DNA of 64,000 nt from the NCBI RefSeq assembly GCF_009914755.1, contig NC_060948.1; one strand, written 5' to 3'. The DNA is from the human T2T-CHM13v2.0 reference genome, Homo sapiens. A program made the translations under genes and the position numbers. Under the pieces are notes generated by a model. It was not told the origin of the DNA. It made no database searches and was given only the letters and a program-made list of their open reading frames with translations. Of this stretch, positions 16,063-29,455 are shown piece after piece. Numbering within the stretch: position 1 is the stretch's first letter; the number at the start of each line of letters is the position of its first letter.

Positions 16063-17638
16063 GCAGACACATAGAAGAATGAAATATAATAGAGAACACA
16101 GAAACAATCCACACATCTACAGTGAACTAATTTTCAACAAAAGTGCCAAGAATATACACTGGGGAAAAGATAGTCTTTTACATCAATGGTGCTGGGAAAA
16201 CTAGATGTCCACATACATAAGAATAAAACTAGAACACTGTCTCTCACCATATACAAAAATCAAATCAAAACGGATTAAAGACTTAAATCTAAGATCTCAA
16301 ACTATGTAACTACTAAAAGAAAACTTTGGGAAAAATTTCCAAGACATTGATCAGGGCAAGTATTTCTTGAGCAATACTCCACATGTACAGGTAACCAAAG
16401 CAAACATGGACAAATGGCATCACATCAAGTTAAAAAGCCTCTGCACAGCAAAGGACACAGTCTTGAAAAGAAGAGACAACCCACAGAGTGTGAGAAAATA
16501 TTTGCAAATTACTTATCTGACAAGGGATAAATAACCAAAATATATAAGAAGTTCAAAGAACTCTATAGGAAAAAAAAAAATATATATATATATATATATA
16601 AAATAGTTCTACTAAAAACTGGGCAAAGGATATGAATAGATATTTCTCAAAAGAAAACATACAAATGACAAATAAACATAGGAAAGGGTGCCCAACATCA
16701 GTGATTATCAGAGAAATCCAAATCAAAACTACATTATCTCATCTCAGTTAAAATCGCTTATATAAAAAAAGCCCAAGCAGTAACAAATGCTAGTGAGGAT
16801 GTGGAGAAAAGGGAACTCCTGTAAGCTGTTGTTGAGAATGTAAATTAGTACAACCACTATGAATAACAGTGTAGAGGTTCCTCAAAAAACTAAAACTAGA
16901 GCTACCATATAATCCAGTAATCCCACTGCTGGGTATATACCCAAAAGATAGGAAATCAGTATATTGAAGAGATATCTGCACTCTCATGTTTGTTGCAGCA
17001 CTGTTCACAGTAGCTAAGATTTGGAAGCAACCTAAGTGTCCATCAGCAAATGAACAGGTAAAGAAAATGTGGTGCATATACACAATAAAGTACTATTCAG
17101 CCGTAAAAGATAATGAGATCCTGCCACTTACAACATGGATAGAAATGGAGATCATTATGTTGAGTCAAATAAGACAGGTACAGAAAAACAAATGTCATAT
17201 GTTTTCACTTATTTGTAAGATCTAAAAGTCAAAACAATTGAACTCATGGAGAAAGAGAGTGGAAGGATGGTTACTAGAGGTGGGGAAGTGTAGTGAGGAG
17301 TTGGGGAAAGGTGGCAAAGGTTTATTGGCACAAAAAAAAATTAAAGTATAAACAAGGTCTAGTATTTTATAGCACAACAGGGTGACTACAGTTGATAATA
17401 TTTTTCATCTTAAAATAACTAAAAGAAGGTGACTGGATTGTTTGTAACACAAAGGGAAAATGAATTGATTGATACATCGTTCTCCATGATGTGATTATTT
17501 AATACTGCATGCTTGCATCAAACCATCTCATGTACCTATAAATATATACACCTACTATATACCCACGAAATTAAAACAAAAGATACAAAAAATAAAACAA
17601 CCCAAATTTCACCACAAAATACCACAAATTGCTAAAAA

Positions 17639-17671
<33 letters not shown>

Positions 17672-18308
17672 ATCCTGCACAAAAAAAAAAAAAACAATGC
17701 TGGAACAATGCTGGAGGTATTGCACTGCCTGATATCAAACTGTACTACAAAGTTGTCATACCCAAAACAGCATGTCATACAAACCGGACACAGAACAATG
17801 GAACAGAATAGATAACACATAAATAGTCCATGAACTTACAGCCAACTCATTTTCGGCATTGCACCAAGAACATACATTGGAGAAAGAATAGCCTTTTTAA
17901 TAAAATGATGCTGGGAAAACTGAATATCTCTTTCAAAAGAATAAAACTAGATCCCCATCTTTTGATATGTAAAACTAGTAAACTCAAAATGGACTAAAGA
18001 CTTAAATGCTAGGCATAAAAATTTGAAACTAATATTTTTAGGGTAAAATCTCAAAAGAACAGAAAACAAAAGCAAAAATAGACAATTGTAATGACCTCAA
18101 AATAAAAAGCTTCCACACAGAAAAACACACACATGTAAACACACACACACACACAACAAAAAACAAAAAACAATGAACATGGTGAAGAGATCACCTGCAA
18201 AATTGGATTACATGTTAACAAACTATATAACAAGATATTAATAACCAGAATATATAAGGCACTCAAACTCAATAGCAAAAATAATAATCCCTTTAAAAAG
18301 TAAACAAA

Positions 18309-18635
<327 letters not shown>

Positions 18636-19553
18636 TCAAAAAAGACATGCAAATGGCTAAGCTGTATGAAAAAATACTCAAAACTAATCATCAGGAAAAC
18701 GCAAATCAAAACCACAATGAAATGTCTCACCTTACCTAGAATGGAAATCATAAAAAAAAAAAAAAGAAAATTACAAATGCTGGCGAAGATGTGAAGAAAA
18801 CAGAATGCTCCTACACTTTTGGTGGGACTGTAAAGTAGAACAGCCATTATGGAAAACGATATTGAGGTTCCTCAAAAAACTAAAAATAGAACTACCATAT
18901 GAAACTCACTGCGAGGCATTATATATCCAAAGGAAAGAAAATAAGTATATAAAAGAGATATCTTTACTCTCATGTTTTCTTGCAGCACTATTCACAGTAG
19001 CCAAGATCTGAAATCAACCTGTGTCCATCAATGAATGAATGGATAAGGAAATTGTTATATATATATATACAATGAATATTATTAAAATAATTTTAAATAA
19101 AATAGTAGAACCCTGTCATTTTTAGCAACATGGATGGAACATGAAGACATTATGTTAAGTGAAAAAAGTCAGGCACAGAAAGACAAATACTGCATATTCT
19201 CATTCATAAGCAGAAACTAGGAAAGTGGATCTAATAAAGACAGAGAGTAAATAGGGTTATCAGAGGCTGTGAAGAAAAGGAAAGTGATAAAGAGAAATTG
19301 GTTAATGAATACAAAAATACAGTTAGGAGTAAGTCCTATTGTTGGATAGTACAATAGAAAATTATGGTTAACAATAATTTCTTGTATATTTCAAAATAGC
19401 TAGAAGAGAAGAATTGCAGTGTTCCTGACACAAATAAAAGGTAAATATCTGAAGTGATGAATATCACACTTACCCTGATTTAATTATATGTATTGTATAC
19501 AGATATCAAATTATCACATGTACCACAAAAATATGTACAGTTATGATGTATAA

Positions 19554-19848
<295 letters not shown>

Positions 19849-19935
19849 ATAAAATTTTTTAAGAATAAAAAAACCCCACAAAAATATGTACAGTTATGAC
19901 GGATAAATTTTTTAAACAGTAAAAACATAAAGAAA

Positions 19936-20372
19936 CCCAAATTTTTATCTTATAGCTCTGGTGCTCAGAAGTTCAAAATGTATCTTACTGGGCTAAAATC
20001 AATATGCTGGTGGAGAAGTGCTATTTCTCGGGACTCTAGGGAAGAACCTCCTCACATTTTCTAGCATCTAGGGATTACTTACATTCCTTGGTTTCTGAGT
20101 CTTTCCTCCATCTACAAAACCAGCAATATTAGCATCTTTCTCCCATTTTTTTCTCTGTGTGTTTCTGTTGTCACATCTTTTTGACTCTTTTAGGGATATT
20201 TTTGATGACATTAGGACCACTGGGATATTGCAGGACAATGGCCTCATCCTAATGCCCTTAATTTAATCACATATATATTTAAAGTCACTTTTGCTATGTA
20301 AGGCATCATATTTATACATTCCAGGGATTAAGATGTGGATGGTTTAGGGAGGGAATTATTTTGTCTACCACA
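19936..20372. mobile_element. MLT1 LTR, remainder
   Basis: CAGAAGTTCAAAAT...ACTGGGCTAAAATCAA...CCTTAATTTAATCACAT...ATTATTTTGTCTACCACA. Confidence 0.8.
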
Positions 20373-20665
20373 ACTGATCTAGGAGGATCTCACTTGAGAT
20401 TATTTGTTTCTGCTCCATATGTTTTTATCTTTTAGTAAGCTCTCCCAGACTTTTTCACATGATAGAGGTAGAGATTCCAACGGTAAGAACCTAAGCCCCA
20501 ATGATCAAGTGCTTTTTAAGCCTCAGAATTGATAAAGTCTAACTGTCAAATCAAATCACAGAACCAACCCCAAAGTCAATATGGAAGAGAGTGTACAAGG
20601 ACATGGTTATAGGGATATAGGGAGGAAAAAATAATTTGGCACAATTACTAAAAATTTAAAACAGT
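20373..20665. mobile_element. Old MLT1 LTR, remainder
   Basis: TCTGCTCCATATGT, CAAGTGCTTTTTAAGCCTC and AATCACAG...CCCAAAGTCAA motifs. Confidence 0.5.
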
Positions 20666-21454
20666 ACAGTAATTTATATTGAGTTACTTTCTCTCAGAAC
20701 TTTGATATGATTTCACTGTATTCTAGCTGTTAATGTTTTAAAGAAGTTGTAATTACAATTATTGTTTCTTTTTAGATACCCTTTCTTTCCAAATGCTTGG
20801 GTGTGCTGTGGTTTCTAGACCTGTAGTCCTGTCTTTATCAGTTCTAGAAAATTTTTCAGCCATTATCTTTTTAAATATTGCTTCCCCTTAAATTATTTCA
20901 GTTCTTTTTTTTAAAAAAGTGCTCTTTTATCTAAGTGAATAATTAGTGTTTACATTGTTATTATGTTTACATTGTTAGTTGTAGCACCAATTAGTGACTG
21001 TGATTACATTTGTTTTATTTTATGGCATTTTCATTTTTCTGGAATTATTAATAGCCTGATTTTCAATTGTGCCATTTCAATTTTGCAATTTGCAATCTAC
21101 ATATTAAAAACTCTTCCCCAGTTTTTTCTGATATCAAAGGCTTTTCTTGAGTCTCTCTTTCCTCTAGATTCTTTACTTCTAAAGCCCTTGGCCGCCTTGA
21201 TCTAATCTAATTAATCAAATTTGCAACTTCTTTCTTTTGTCTCTGTGACTTTAAAGCCAAGTGTCAATTGAGACATGTTATTATGTTTTTGCCATAGTAT
21301 AAAAATGTATATAAAGACTGTAATATGTTTAAGAGACATGAAAGAAAGCACATATGTATGTGAAAGAAAAATTTTCTGAGTCCTCTAGACATTTGTGTCT
21401 CTAATGCCTTCTTCTGACAAACTTAGACAATGCAGAAAGCTTTGAATGACTCTT

Positions 21455-21670
21455 CAAAGGCATAATAATGATACATTGGGCTTTGGGGACTTGGGGAAAG
21501 GGTTGGGAGTGGCAAGGGATAAAAGAATACACATTGGGTACAGTGTACACTGCTCGGGTGATGGGTGCATCAAAATCTCAGAAATCAACACTAAAGAATT
21601 TATTCATGAAACCAAACACCACCTGTTCCCCAAATGTCGGTTGAAATAAAAAGATTAAAATAAAAAAAAA
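21455..21670 (+). mobile_element. Short L1PB 3'UTR
   Basis: GGGATAAAAGA...ACACTGCTCGGGTGATGGGTGCA...CACCACCTGTTCCCC, then AATAAA and poly-A. Confidence 0.9.
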
Positions 21671-21689
21671 ATTATCGTCTAACAATTAT

Positions 21690-22430
21690 CTTTAGAGAGG
21701 ACCTGAAAGTCAAAAACAAGATGCTAAAAGAACCAATGAAGGACACAAAGAACTCTTGTAAATGAAAAAGATAGTTGTTAAAATAAAAATTGTAATGGCA
21801 GATTTTGATGATAAAGTTAAAGAAATCTCCCAAAGTACTAGAAAATATTAAAGAAAAATAAAAGACTTTATCAATCCAGGAGGTTCAACTTTCACCAGTA
21901 AGATTTCCAGAAGGAGAAAATATAGAGAAAAAAATTGTCAGAAAAACAAAAGAACATGTTCTAGATTGAAGGATCTCATGAGAGCTCTGCAGCATAGATG
22001 AGAGAAGACCTAAAACAAAGAGTACCATGAGATTCAAGAAGGTGAATGATAAAAAGAAGGACCGAAATACTTCCCATAACAATTAGAAGGAAGAGGTAGA
22101 ATTTTAAAAAGGAAAATAATGGGTTAGAGCATCACACTTCTCAGCAGCAATTCTGGAAGCCAGCAGAATGACTTTAAAATTCTGATTGAACTATTATTTC
22201 CAACTTAAGATTCTATATCCAAATGAGCTGTCAATCAAGTGTGAGGACAAAGAAAAGATTACTATACATGCAAAGACTCATAAAGTGTACCTTCACAGTG
22301 TGTTCCTTCTTAGGGAATGACTGGAAGATGTGCTGCACCAAAACAAGTGAAAAAAACAAAAAATAAAAGGGAAAGCTACAGAATCCAGGAAACAAGAAAT
22401 CCTACCTAAACAGTAATAGAGAAAAATTCT
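21690..22430 (+). mobile_element. Ancient L1 ORF1-like (HAL1/L1ME) fragment
   Basis: A-rich with ORF1-type motifs (ATCCAGGAGGT, TTCTCAGCAGCAA, AAAATTCTGA...TTCCAAC...ATTCTATATCCA). Confidence 0.55.
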
Positions 22431-22459
22431 GAGGTGACAGCTGAGCCTTAGATCTCAAG

Positions 22460-25400
22460 ACATACTCTTTGCTTTAGATCTTAACACTGTGTTTGTTGCA
22501 TTCCAGAGATTTTGGTATGTTACATGCCTGTTACCATTTACTTTAAAGAATGTTTTGATTTCGGCTATAACTTCATTGTTTACTTAAAAGTCATTGAGGA
22601 ACAAGTTTACTTTCCATGTAATTGTGTGGTTTTGAAAGAGCTCATTGGTATTGATTTCTATTCTTATTCCACTGTGGTCTAAAAGCATTCTTGATATGAT
22701 TTTAATTCTTTTGAATTTATTGAGTTGCTTTATAGTCAAGCATGTGGTCAATCTTAGAATACATTCTGTGTTAAGATGAGGAGAATGTATATTCTGTGGT
22801 TGATGAGTGGATTATGTTGCAGATATCTACTAAATCCAGTTGGTCAAGTGTCAAATTTAAGTACAGAATTTCTTTGTTAGTTTTCTGCCTCAATAGTTTG
22901 TGTAGCTCACTCATTGTGGTGTTGAAGTCCTCCAGTATTATTGTGTGGCTAAGTTTTTTATAGGTTTAGAAGTACTTGTTCTACAAATCTGGGGGCTCCA
23001 ATGTTGGATGTGTATACATTTAGGGTTATTAAGTCATCTTGCTTAACATTTTATCATTATGTAATGCCCTTATTTGTCCCTTTATATTGTTGTTGGTTTA
23101 AAGTCTGTTTTATCTTTCATAAGAATAGTGACCTCTGCTTTTTGTTGTTGTTGTTTTCTATTTGCATGATAAATCTTTCTCTATTTTTTTACTTGGAGCC
23201 TATGCATATTGTTACATGTGAGATGCGTCTCTTGAAGACAGCAGACAGTTGAGTCTTGCATTTAATCCAACTTGACACTCTGTGCCTTTTAATTGGGGTG
23301 TTTAGACTATTTACATTCAAAGTTATTATTGATATGTAAAGATTTTATCCTATCTTAAGGTTGTTAGGTGGTTTCTTTGTTGTCTGTATTGTGTAGTTGC
23401 TTCATAGGGTCTCCAGACTATGTATTTAAGCGTGTTTATGTGGTAGCAAGTATCATTCTTTTGTTTCCATGCTTAGAACTCCTTTAGGAATCTTTCATAT
23501 GGCTGGTCTAGTGGAAACAAATTCCCTTAGCAGTTGCCTGTCTGAAAAAGATTTTGTTTCTCCTTCACTTATAAAGGTTAGTTTAGTGGAATATGAAATT
23601 CTTTATTGGATTTTCTTTTCTTTAAGAATGCTGAAAATAAGCCCCCACTCTCTTCTGGTCTGTGAAGTTTCTGCTGAGAAGTCTGTTTTTACACTAATAG
23701 GATTCCCCTTGTAAGGGATCTGATCATTATCTTTGGCTGCCTTTAAGATTTTTTCTTTCACATTGACCTTGAAAATTCTGATAACTATTTGCCTTTGTGG
23801 TGGTTGTCTTGTATAGTTTATCACAGGATTCTCTTAGTTTATTGAATTTGCATGTTGCTCTCTATAATGATTGGGAAAATTTTAGTGAACTGTATCCTCA
23901 AATATGTTTTCCAACTTGCTTACTCTTTCTCCTCCTCTCCCAAGAATGCCAATGCGTCATATATTTGGTTTCTTTACATAATCCTATATTTCTCAGAAGC
24001 TTTTCATCATTTTATAATTCTCTCCTTTTTTTTTGCTTTTGTCTGACTGGGTTGAGTTGAAGGACTTGTCTTTGTGCTCTGAAATTCTTTCCTTGGCTTT
24101 GTCTATTCTGTTGTTAAGTCTTTCATCTGTATTTGGAAATTCCTGTAGTGAATTCTTTAATTCAGGAAGTTCAGTTTGGTTCTTCCTGAAAATGGCTATG
24201 TCATCTTGCGACTATTGAATAATTTTACTCATTTTATTGGATTGGATTTCCATTTTATCTTTAATGTCGTTGAGCTTCCTTCCCATCCATATTCTGAATT
24301 CTGTGTCTGTCATTTCAGACATTTCAATCTGGTTGGGATTCTTTGCTGTGGAACTACTGAGAATATCTAGAGGTAAGAAAACTCTCTGACTTCTTGAATT
24401 GCTGAAGTTCTTTCACTGGTTCTTTCTCATCGGAGAAGCTGGTGTTCCTTTATCTCTTTGAAATTGCTGTCACTTAAATGAGGTTTTTTTTTTTGCTTAT
24501 ATATTATACTTTCCCCTTGGTTGTTTGACTATGGTGTATAGCATCTACAGTTGATTAGTTTCATTTCTGGGTGCTTTCTGAGGGCCAAAGCTCTGTATGA
24601 GTTCCACAGTTATGATTGACTTTCTACATTGGGTTTCACAGTGTGAAATGAATTTACTTTTGTTAGTAATGTTGTTCAGGCTGTGATCCAGTAGACGGTG
24701 CTTAAGAGTAAGGGTCGGCAGATAGGCTCATATACAATAGTGTTCTAGGGAGGGAGAGATGGGGATGTGCAAGAAATAACTCCCTCCCAAGTCTGTTCCT
24801 GGGCCTTGGGGTAACCCCTTTTAATCACTGGTGCTGTGCTCATTTTCTCTTAGCTCCAAGGGGAGCCCTGGCAGCCTGCACTCCTCCTCCCTTAAGGGTG
24901 GCCAGAGCCAAAGTTTAGGTCACCAGGATTCCTGCAACTCAGGGACGCATTGGTTTTCTGAGCTTAGCAAAGACAAAGCAGGTTGTGGGGTATGTCTGCA
25001 GGTGATCTGGTGATATAGTGGGTCAAGGGTGGAGGGTCCTTGTGCAAAGGGATCCCAGTATCTAGCCTGATCAGCTAGTTTTGTCTCAAACCTTCTGCAC
25101 TCAGATTGCTGGCATGTTCCGGGTGATCAGGACCATGGGGCTCCCTCAGGCAGAAACTGTGACTGGTCAACAAGCTCCACCTTTCCCTGACTGGTCTTGC
25201 AGACGGAGGGACATTTAGCTCCCACACCAGCACATGAATCCACACCTCACTCTTCTCTGTGTTCTAAGACTTGGGGTTCCCCCCCACACTTGAACTCTAG
25301 CCAAAAATCTCAGCTCAATAACTGTGGTTGGTGTGCTCAAACCCTAGGGGGTTGAAACTAGTCCTGTGGCTTTGTCCTCTGACCTCTTGGGGGCAAACAC

Positions 25401-26078
25401 TGGCTGTACCAGGCTGTCGAACTGCTCTCCGGCTGCTGGCAAAACACTCAGACAGAATAGTGGAGGCTGTGCTGTGTGCATTCTCTTGTGGGAGCTGAAA
25501 GGCAGCTTGCTTTGTGATGGGCCAGTGAAAAAGGGGGGCATGCAGGTAAGTTGTGCCTTGATGCTGCAGGGAAGGCAGGCTTCCTCTCTCCCAGCCAAAA
25601 GTCAGGAGGGGCTATGCCCATTCAAAGCAAGATGGAGAACCTTTGGGGATGGGTACTTACAGTCACGTTTTGCTGCAGTTGCCCTGTGTGCCATATAATA
25701 TTTTGGTTCTGTCCAAGTTTATTCTCTGCCTCTGCCTACTGTTCAGGCAGTTCCCTCTGTCAATTGAAATGTCTATGAGGGTTACAACATCTCTTGTAGC
25801 TAGGATTCCAGAGACTCACAGCAGGATTGTGATGTCACAGAGTTCCTTCATTTACCTCTTCCTTAGGGCCTGTTCAGGACCAAGAGCCTGGTCTGGTGAC
25901 TCTATGTGGACTTCTCAGCTTCCTCCCTGTTTAATCTTGGAGTTGTGTTGTGTCTCTGTCAACTTTCAGTGTTTTCTCTAAAAGATTGGTTTGAACTGTA
26001 GTTGTTTACCCAAGATTTTGGTTTCTCTCAGTAAAAGAGGTGCTTTCCAGCTGCATCTAGTTGGCCATCTTGTCCCTT
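22460..26078 (-). mobile_element. LINE-1 5' portion (5'UTR, ORF1, start of ORF2), 3' truncated
   Basis: 23603-23824 (-) translates to the ORF1p C-terminal region (KEKILKAAK...YKGNPI...DFSAET...REWGLIFSILKEK); 5' end reads GGGACAAGATGGCCAACTAG on the minus strand. Confidence 0.9.
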
Positions 26079-26084
26079 CCACCA

Positions 26085-26465
26085 AGAAATACTTTAGACA
26101 ACCTAAATTTATCAATGTTTACTTGGGCAAAGCATAATTTATGAATGGGACAGCCTCCCAGACTGGAATATGTTCAGAGAATCTCCAGTGATATCTCATG
26201 GTTGAAAAATATTTGTGGATTAAGAAAGTGACATACAAGAACTGAAAGTGAGGTCCAGAAACAGCTGGATTGGATACAGCTTGGTGTTTTGCTTATTTCA
26301 ACATGGGCTGAACAGTTGGTTGCCTTTGACTGGCCAAAACTCAAGGATTGGTACAAGAATAGGTGCAGTCTATTTTTAAACCCAGTTAGATTACAGTTCA
26401 TTGTGTACACAGAAATCTCTAGGTTGAATTCAAAATAAGGTGGCAGATTTAGACTAAACTTAACA
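26085..26465 (-). mobile_element. MER57-like ERV1 solo LTR
   Basis: Minus strand begins TGTTAAGTTTAGTCTAAA...TGAACTGTAATCTAACTGG...AGCTGTATCCAATCCAGCTGTTTCTG. Confidence 0.75.
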
Positions 26466-26891
26466 ATTCTAAAGAGTAATCTTGAATACCTTTGTGTCAA
26501 AGCACCTCAAATTTGTAGATGACTGCTCTAGAAGAATTATTATTGAGAACAGAAGATATGATTAGGCAAATGTTTCTATAGCTTATGTGACATGAAAGAT
26601 TAAGCTCAGTTTCTGGAAAAAAAGCCGAATATAAAGAGTCTTATGTGAGAAACAATGTAATGAAAAGCTTGATAATACATACTGATTAGTGAGTGATGTA
26701 GGAGGATGTAAAAGTAATTTTTAAGTTTGAAGACTGAAAACTGAAAAAAGATGGGTAACCATTAAAAAAAAATGAGTTATGGTTCATTAGATAATGGGCT
26801 CAATGTTTTGACATATTGAGAGTGAGATCATGATAGAACTTCAAAATGGAAATAGCCAACTATCAAATAGAAATATAAGAACAGTGTTCCA

Positions 26892-27192
26892 GGCCAGGCG
26901 CAGTGGCTCACACCTGTAATCTCAGCACCTTGGGAGGCCAAGGTGGGCAGATCACGAGGTCAGGAGACTGAGACCATCCTGACTAACACGGTGAAACCCC
27001 ATCTCTACTAAAAATACAAAAAATTCACCGGGCGTGGTGGCGGGCACCTGTATTCCCAGCTACTTGGGAGGCTGAGGCAGAAGAGTGGTGTGAACCCGGG
27101 AGGCAGAGCTTACAGTAAACTGAGATCGCGCCACTGCAATCCAGCCTAAGCGACAGAGCAAGACTCTGTCTCAAAAAACAAAACAAAAAAAA
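26892..27192 (+). mobile_element. AluY-like element
   Basis: Full Alu; perfect TSD AAGAACAGTGTTCCA. Confidence 0.95.
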
Positions 27193-28117
27193 GAACAGTG
27201 TTCCAGAGAAGTTTGAACTAAGTATACAAACTTCACATAGAAGTGATAATTAAGATAATGAAATTAAAAAATGATCTAAGGAGCAAAGTAAAATTAAATC
27301 AAGGGCAAAGCCTTATATTAAGGAGCAGCAGGAAAAAGGAGTTGTTAGAAAAGCAACAATAAGCCTAGTTGAAAAGATGAGAGGAAAAACAAGATAATAA
27401 AAGGTCACAAACTATAAAGTTTAAGAATATTTCAATAAAAAAGGGATCATTAGTCAACTACTGCAGGGAAATAAATTTTAATGACAACTACAAAATTAGT
27501 TTTATCATTTGGAAATCATTTCAAACAACAGTCTTAATAATGAGAAAGAGAAAGACATCAGATTACAATTAAATAAACATCAGGTCGAGGTTGCCAAAAT
27601 AAAGGAAATAATTGTATAAAGTTTTAAAAAATGTTACACAAACGAGAAGCCAGAGGTAGGCAGAACTTGATGTTTAAGGCTGCTTCTTAAGAGCAGGACT
27701 AAGAGCGTGGTAGTAAAGTTGATTGTTCCACCCACTGAAATCTCAATAACAATTTGGAAATAGTTGGTCCTGAGATTACTCAGACAGAAGGATCTCAATT
27801 GTAAGAGATTTAAGGAGTGGTCAGCCCTTCTTTAGAATCTTTTTTTTTTTTTTTTTTCAGGAAAATAAAAGGATTAAATCCCGAGTCCCCAGCCCAGCCC
27901 CAAGACTGAACTACTGAGCAATTCTCCAGCTCCAGTGAAGATAGGGTATAAGTAAGTCAAAAACAAAAAACAAAAAACAAAAAACAGCAGGGTGACCAGT
28001 AGGTGAACAAGAGACGTGGCAGGACTCTAGTCCTGGAATAAAAACTAGACAGAAAGAATAACCTGTCAAAATTAAGAAATATAAACTAAGACAAAAACCC
28101 ACATCTGGTGAATGAAA

Positions 28118-28592
28118 TGTTAGGGCTCAGAAGTCAATACTCCAAAATATGGTACATTGACGTTCTGAAGAAACTTCGATGTCTCTATGATTTTCTTCCC
28201 CTGCATACTCTCTCTCCCAAATCCTTCAGATTTTTTTTCTTAAGATCCAGATCCACCAAGGAGAACATTTTTTCTTCCTTCTCTATAAAGCCAAGAGTAT
28301 AATTACATCTTAACAAACCCTTTCACAAGATAATGTACAAGTTATTTGTTCCCTGATCTAATTATTCTTCCTAGTGATCCCCTTAACAGATTCTCTTCTC
28401 CCACCTTTCATAACCTTTTTTTGCAGGATGGTATATAAGTTTCTGAACTCCACTGGAGAGTGAGAAATCACTCTGTGATGCTCCCCATCTGCACAATAAA
28501 TGTGAATGCCTTTTCTCCTATTAATCTACCTTATGTCAGTGATTTTCAGCAAACATTCAGAGAGCAAGAGGAAAGTCTCTCTTGGCCTCTAT
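28118..28592 (+). mobile_element. MER39/MER34-group ERV1 solo LTR
   Basis: TGTTAGGGCTCAGAA...CCAAAATATGG start, internal AATAAA, and TGTCAGTGATTTTCAGCAAAC...CTTGGCCTCTA end. Confidence 0.7.
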
Positions 28593-29329
28593 GAAATGAA
28601 CATGCAGATGCATAGTATATCTGTGAACCCAGGGAAGCACATTCTGAAGGGTCTCTCTCCAGTGAAGCAGATTCTAGACTGTCTGGCAGTAAGATTTTTG
28701 GGGGAACTCAATATATAGCTATTACTACCCATGTCACTAGAATTAGAGCTACAGTCTTTGCTGTAATGTATATATCATTTTGGATCAGCTAAGGACCAAG
28801 TTTTCAACTCATAGGTGTCCAGGTGGAAACAGCTGGCAAGGCAGAGGCTGAGAAATCAAGGCATGTCTTGACAGATGGGGTAAAGTTTTTATTTTGTTTT
28901 CCCAAAGATAATTAGAACATATGTACAACAGAAATGAAAAAAAAAAAAAGTTGAGTAGAAGACATTAAATATGTAAGAGAAAGGACAAAATTTGTGGAGG
29001 GAAGTAATGAATTGAGTTGAGAAAATAAACTGGTAGTTGCTTTTTCCTTAACAGAATAAAAGTTATTTATACAGTGAAGAAATGTTATTTTTTTTTAAAA
29101 TCAGGTACCAGTCTAGGTGCATATTATAGATTGGTAATCAGTAAATACAAGGATATGACTTTATGAAGCTTAAAATCTAGTAGAGGAGACACAAATATAT
29201 ATATATGTAATGTATATATATTACATATATATACACTTAATTATTTATAACATTACTAAATCTTGCCCCAATACTAGCTCAGCACTTTAGCCCTCCATTT
29301 TGAACCAAGAGGAAATTCTCTAGAGCTAA

Positions 29330-29398
29330 GTTAATGTAGCTTAATAGAGCAAAGCAAGGCATTGAAAATGACTAGATTAGTTTATGTGACTCATAAAG
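29330..29398 (+). pseudogene. Mitochondrial tRNA-Phe pseudogene (NUMT)
   Basis: GTTAATGTAGCTTAA...CAAAGCAAGGCATTGAAAATGACTAGAT...CATAAA matches vertebrate mt-tRNA-Phe; anticodon GAA at 29364-29366. Confidence 0.8.
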
Positions 29399-29410
29399 TA
29401 TATATAAATG

Positions 29411-29413
<3 letters not shown>

Positions 29414-29452
<39 letters not shown>
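29414..29452. repeat. (TA)n microsatellite
   Basis: Perfect AT dinucleotide run. Confidence 0.95.

Positions 29453-29455
<3 letters not shown>

Noticed and set aside
29330-29398. Functional nuclear tRNA-Phe gene
   Set aside because: Mitochondrial-type sequence with stem mismatches and no proper Pol III B box.
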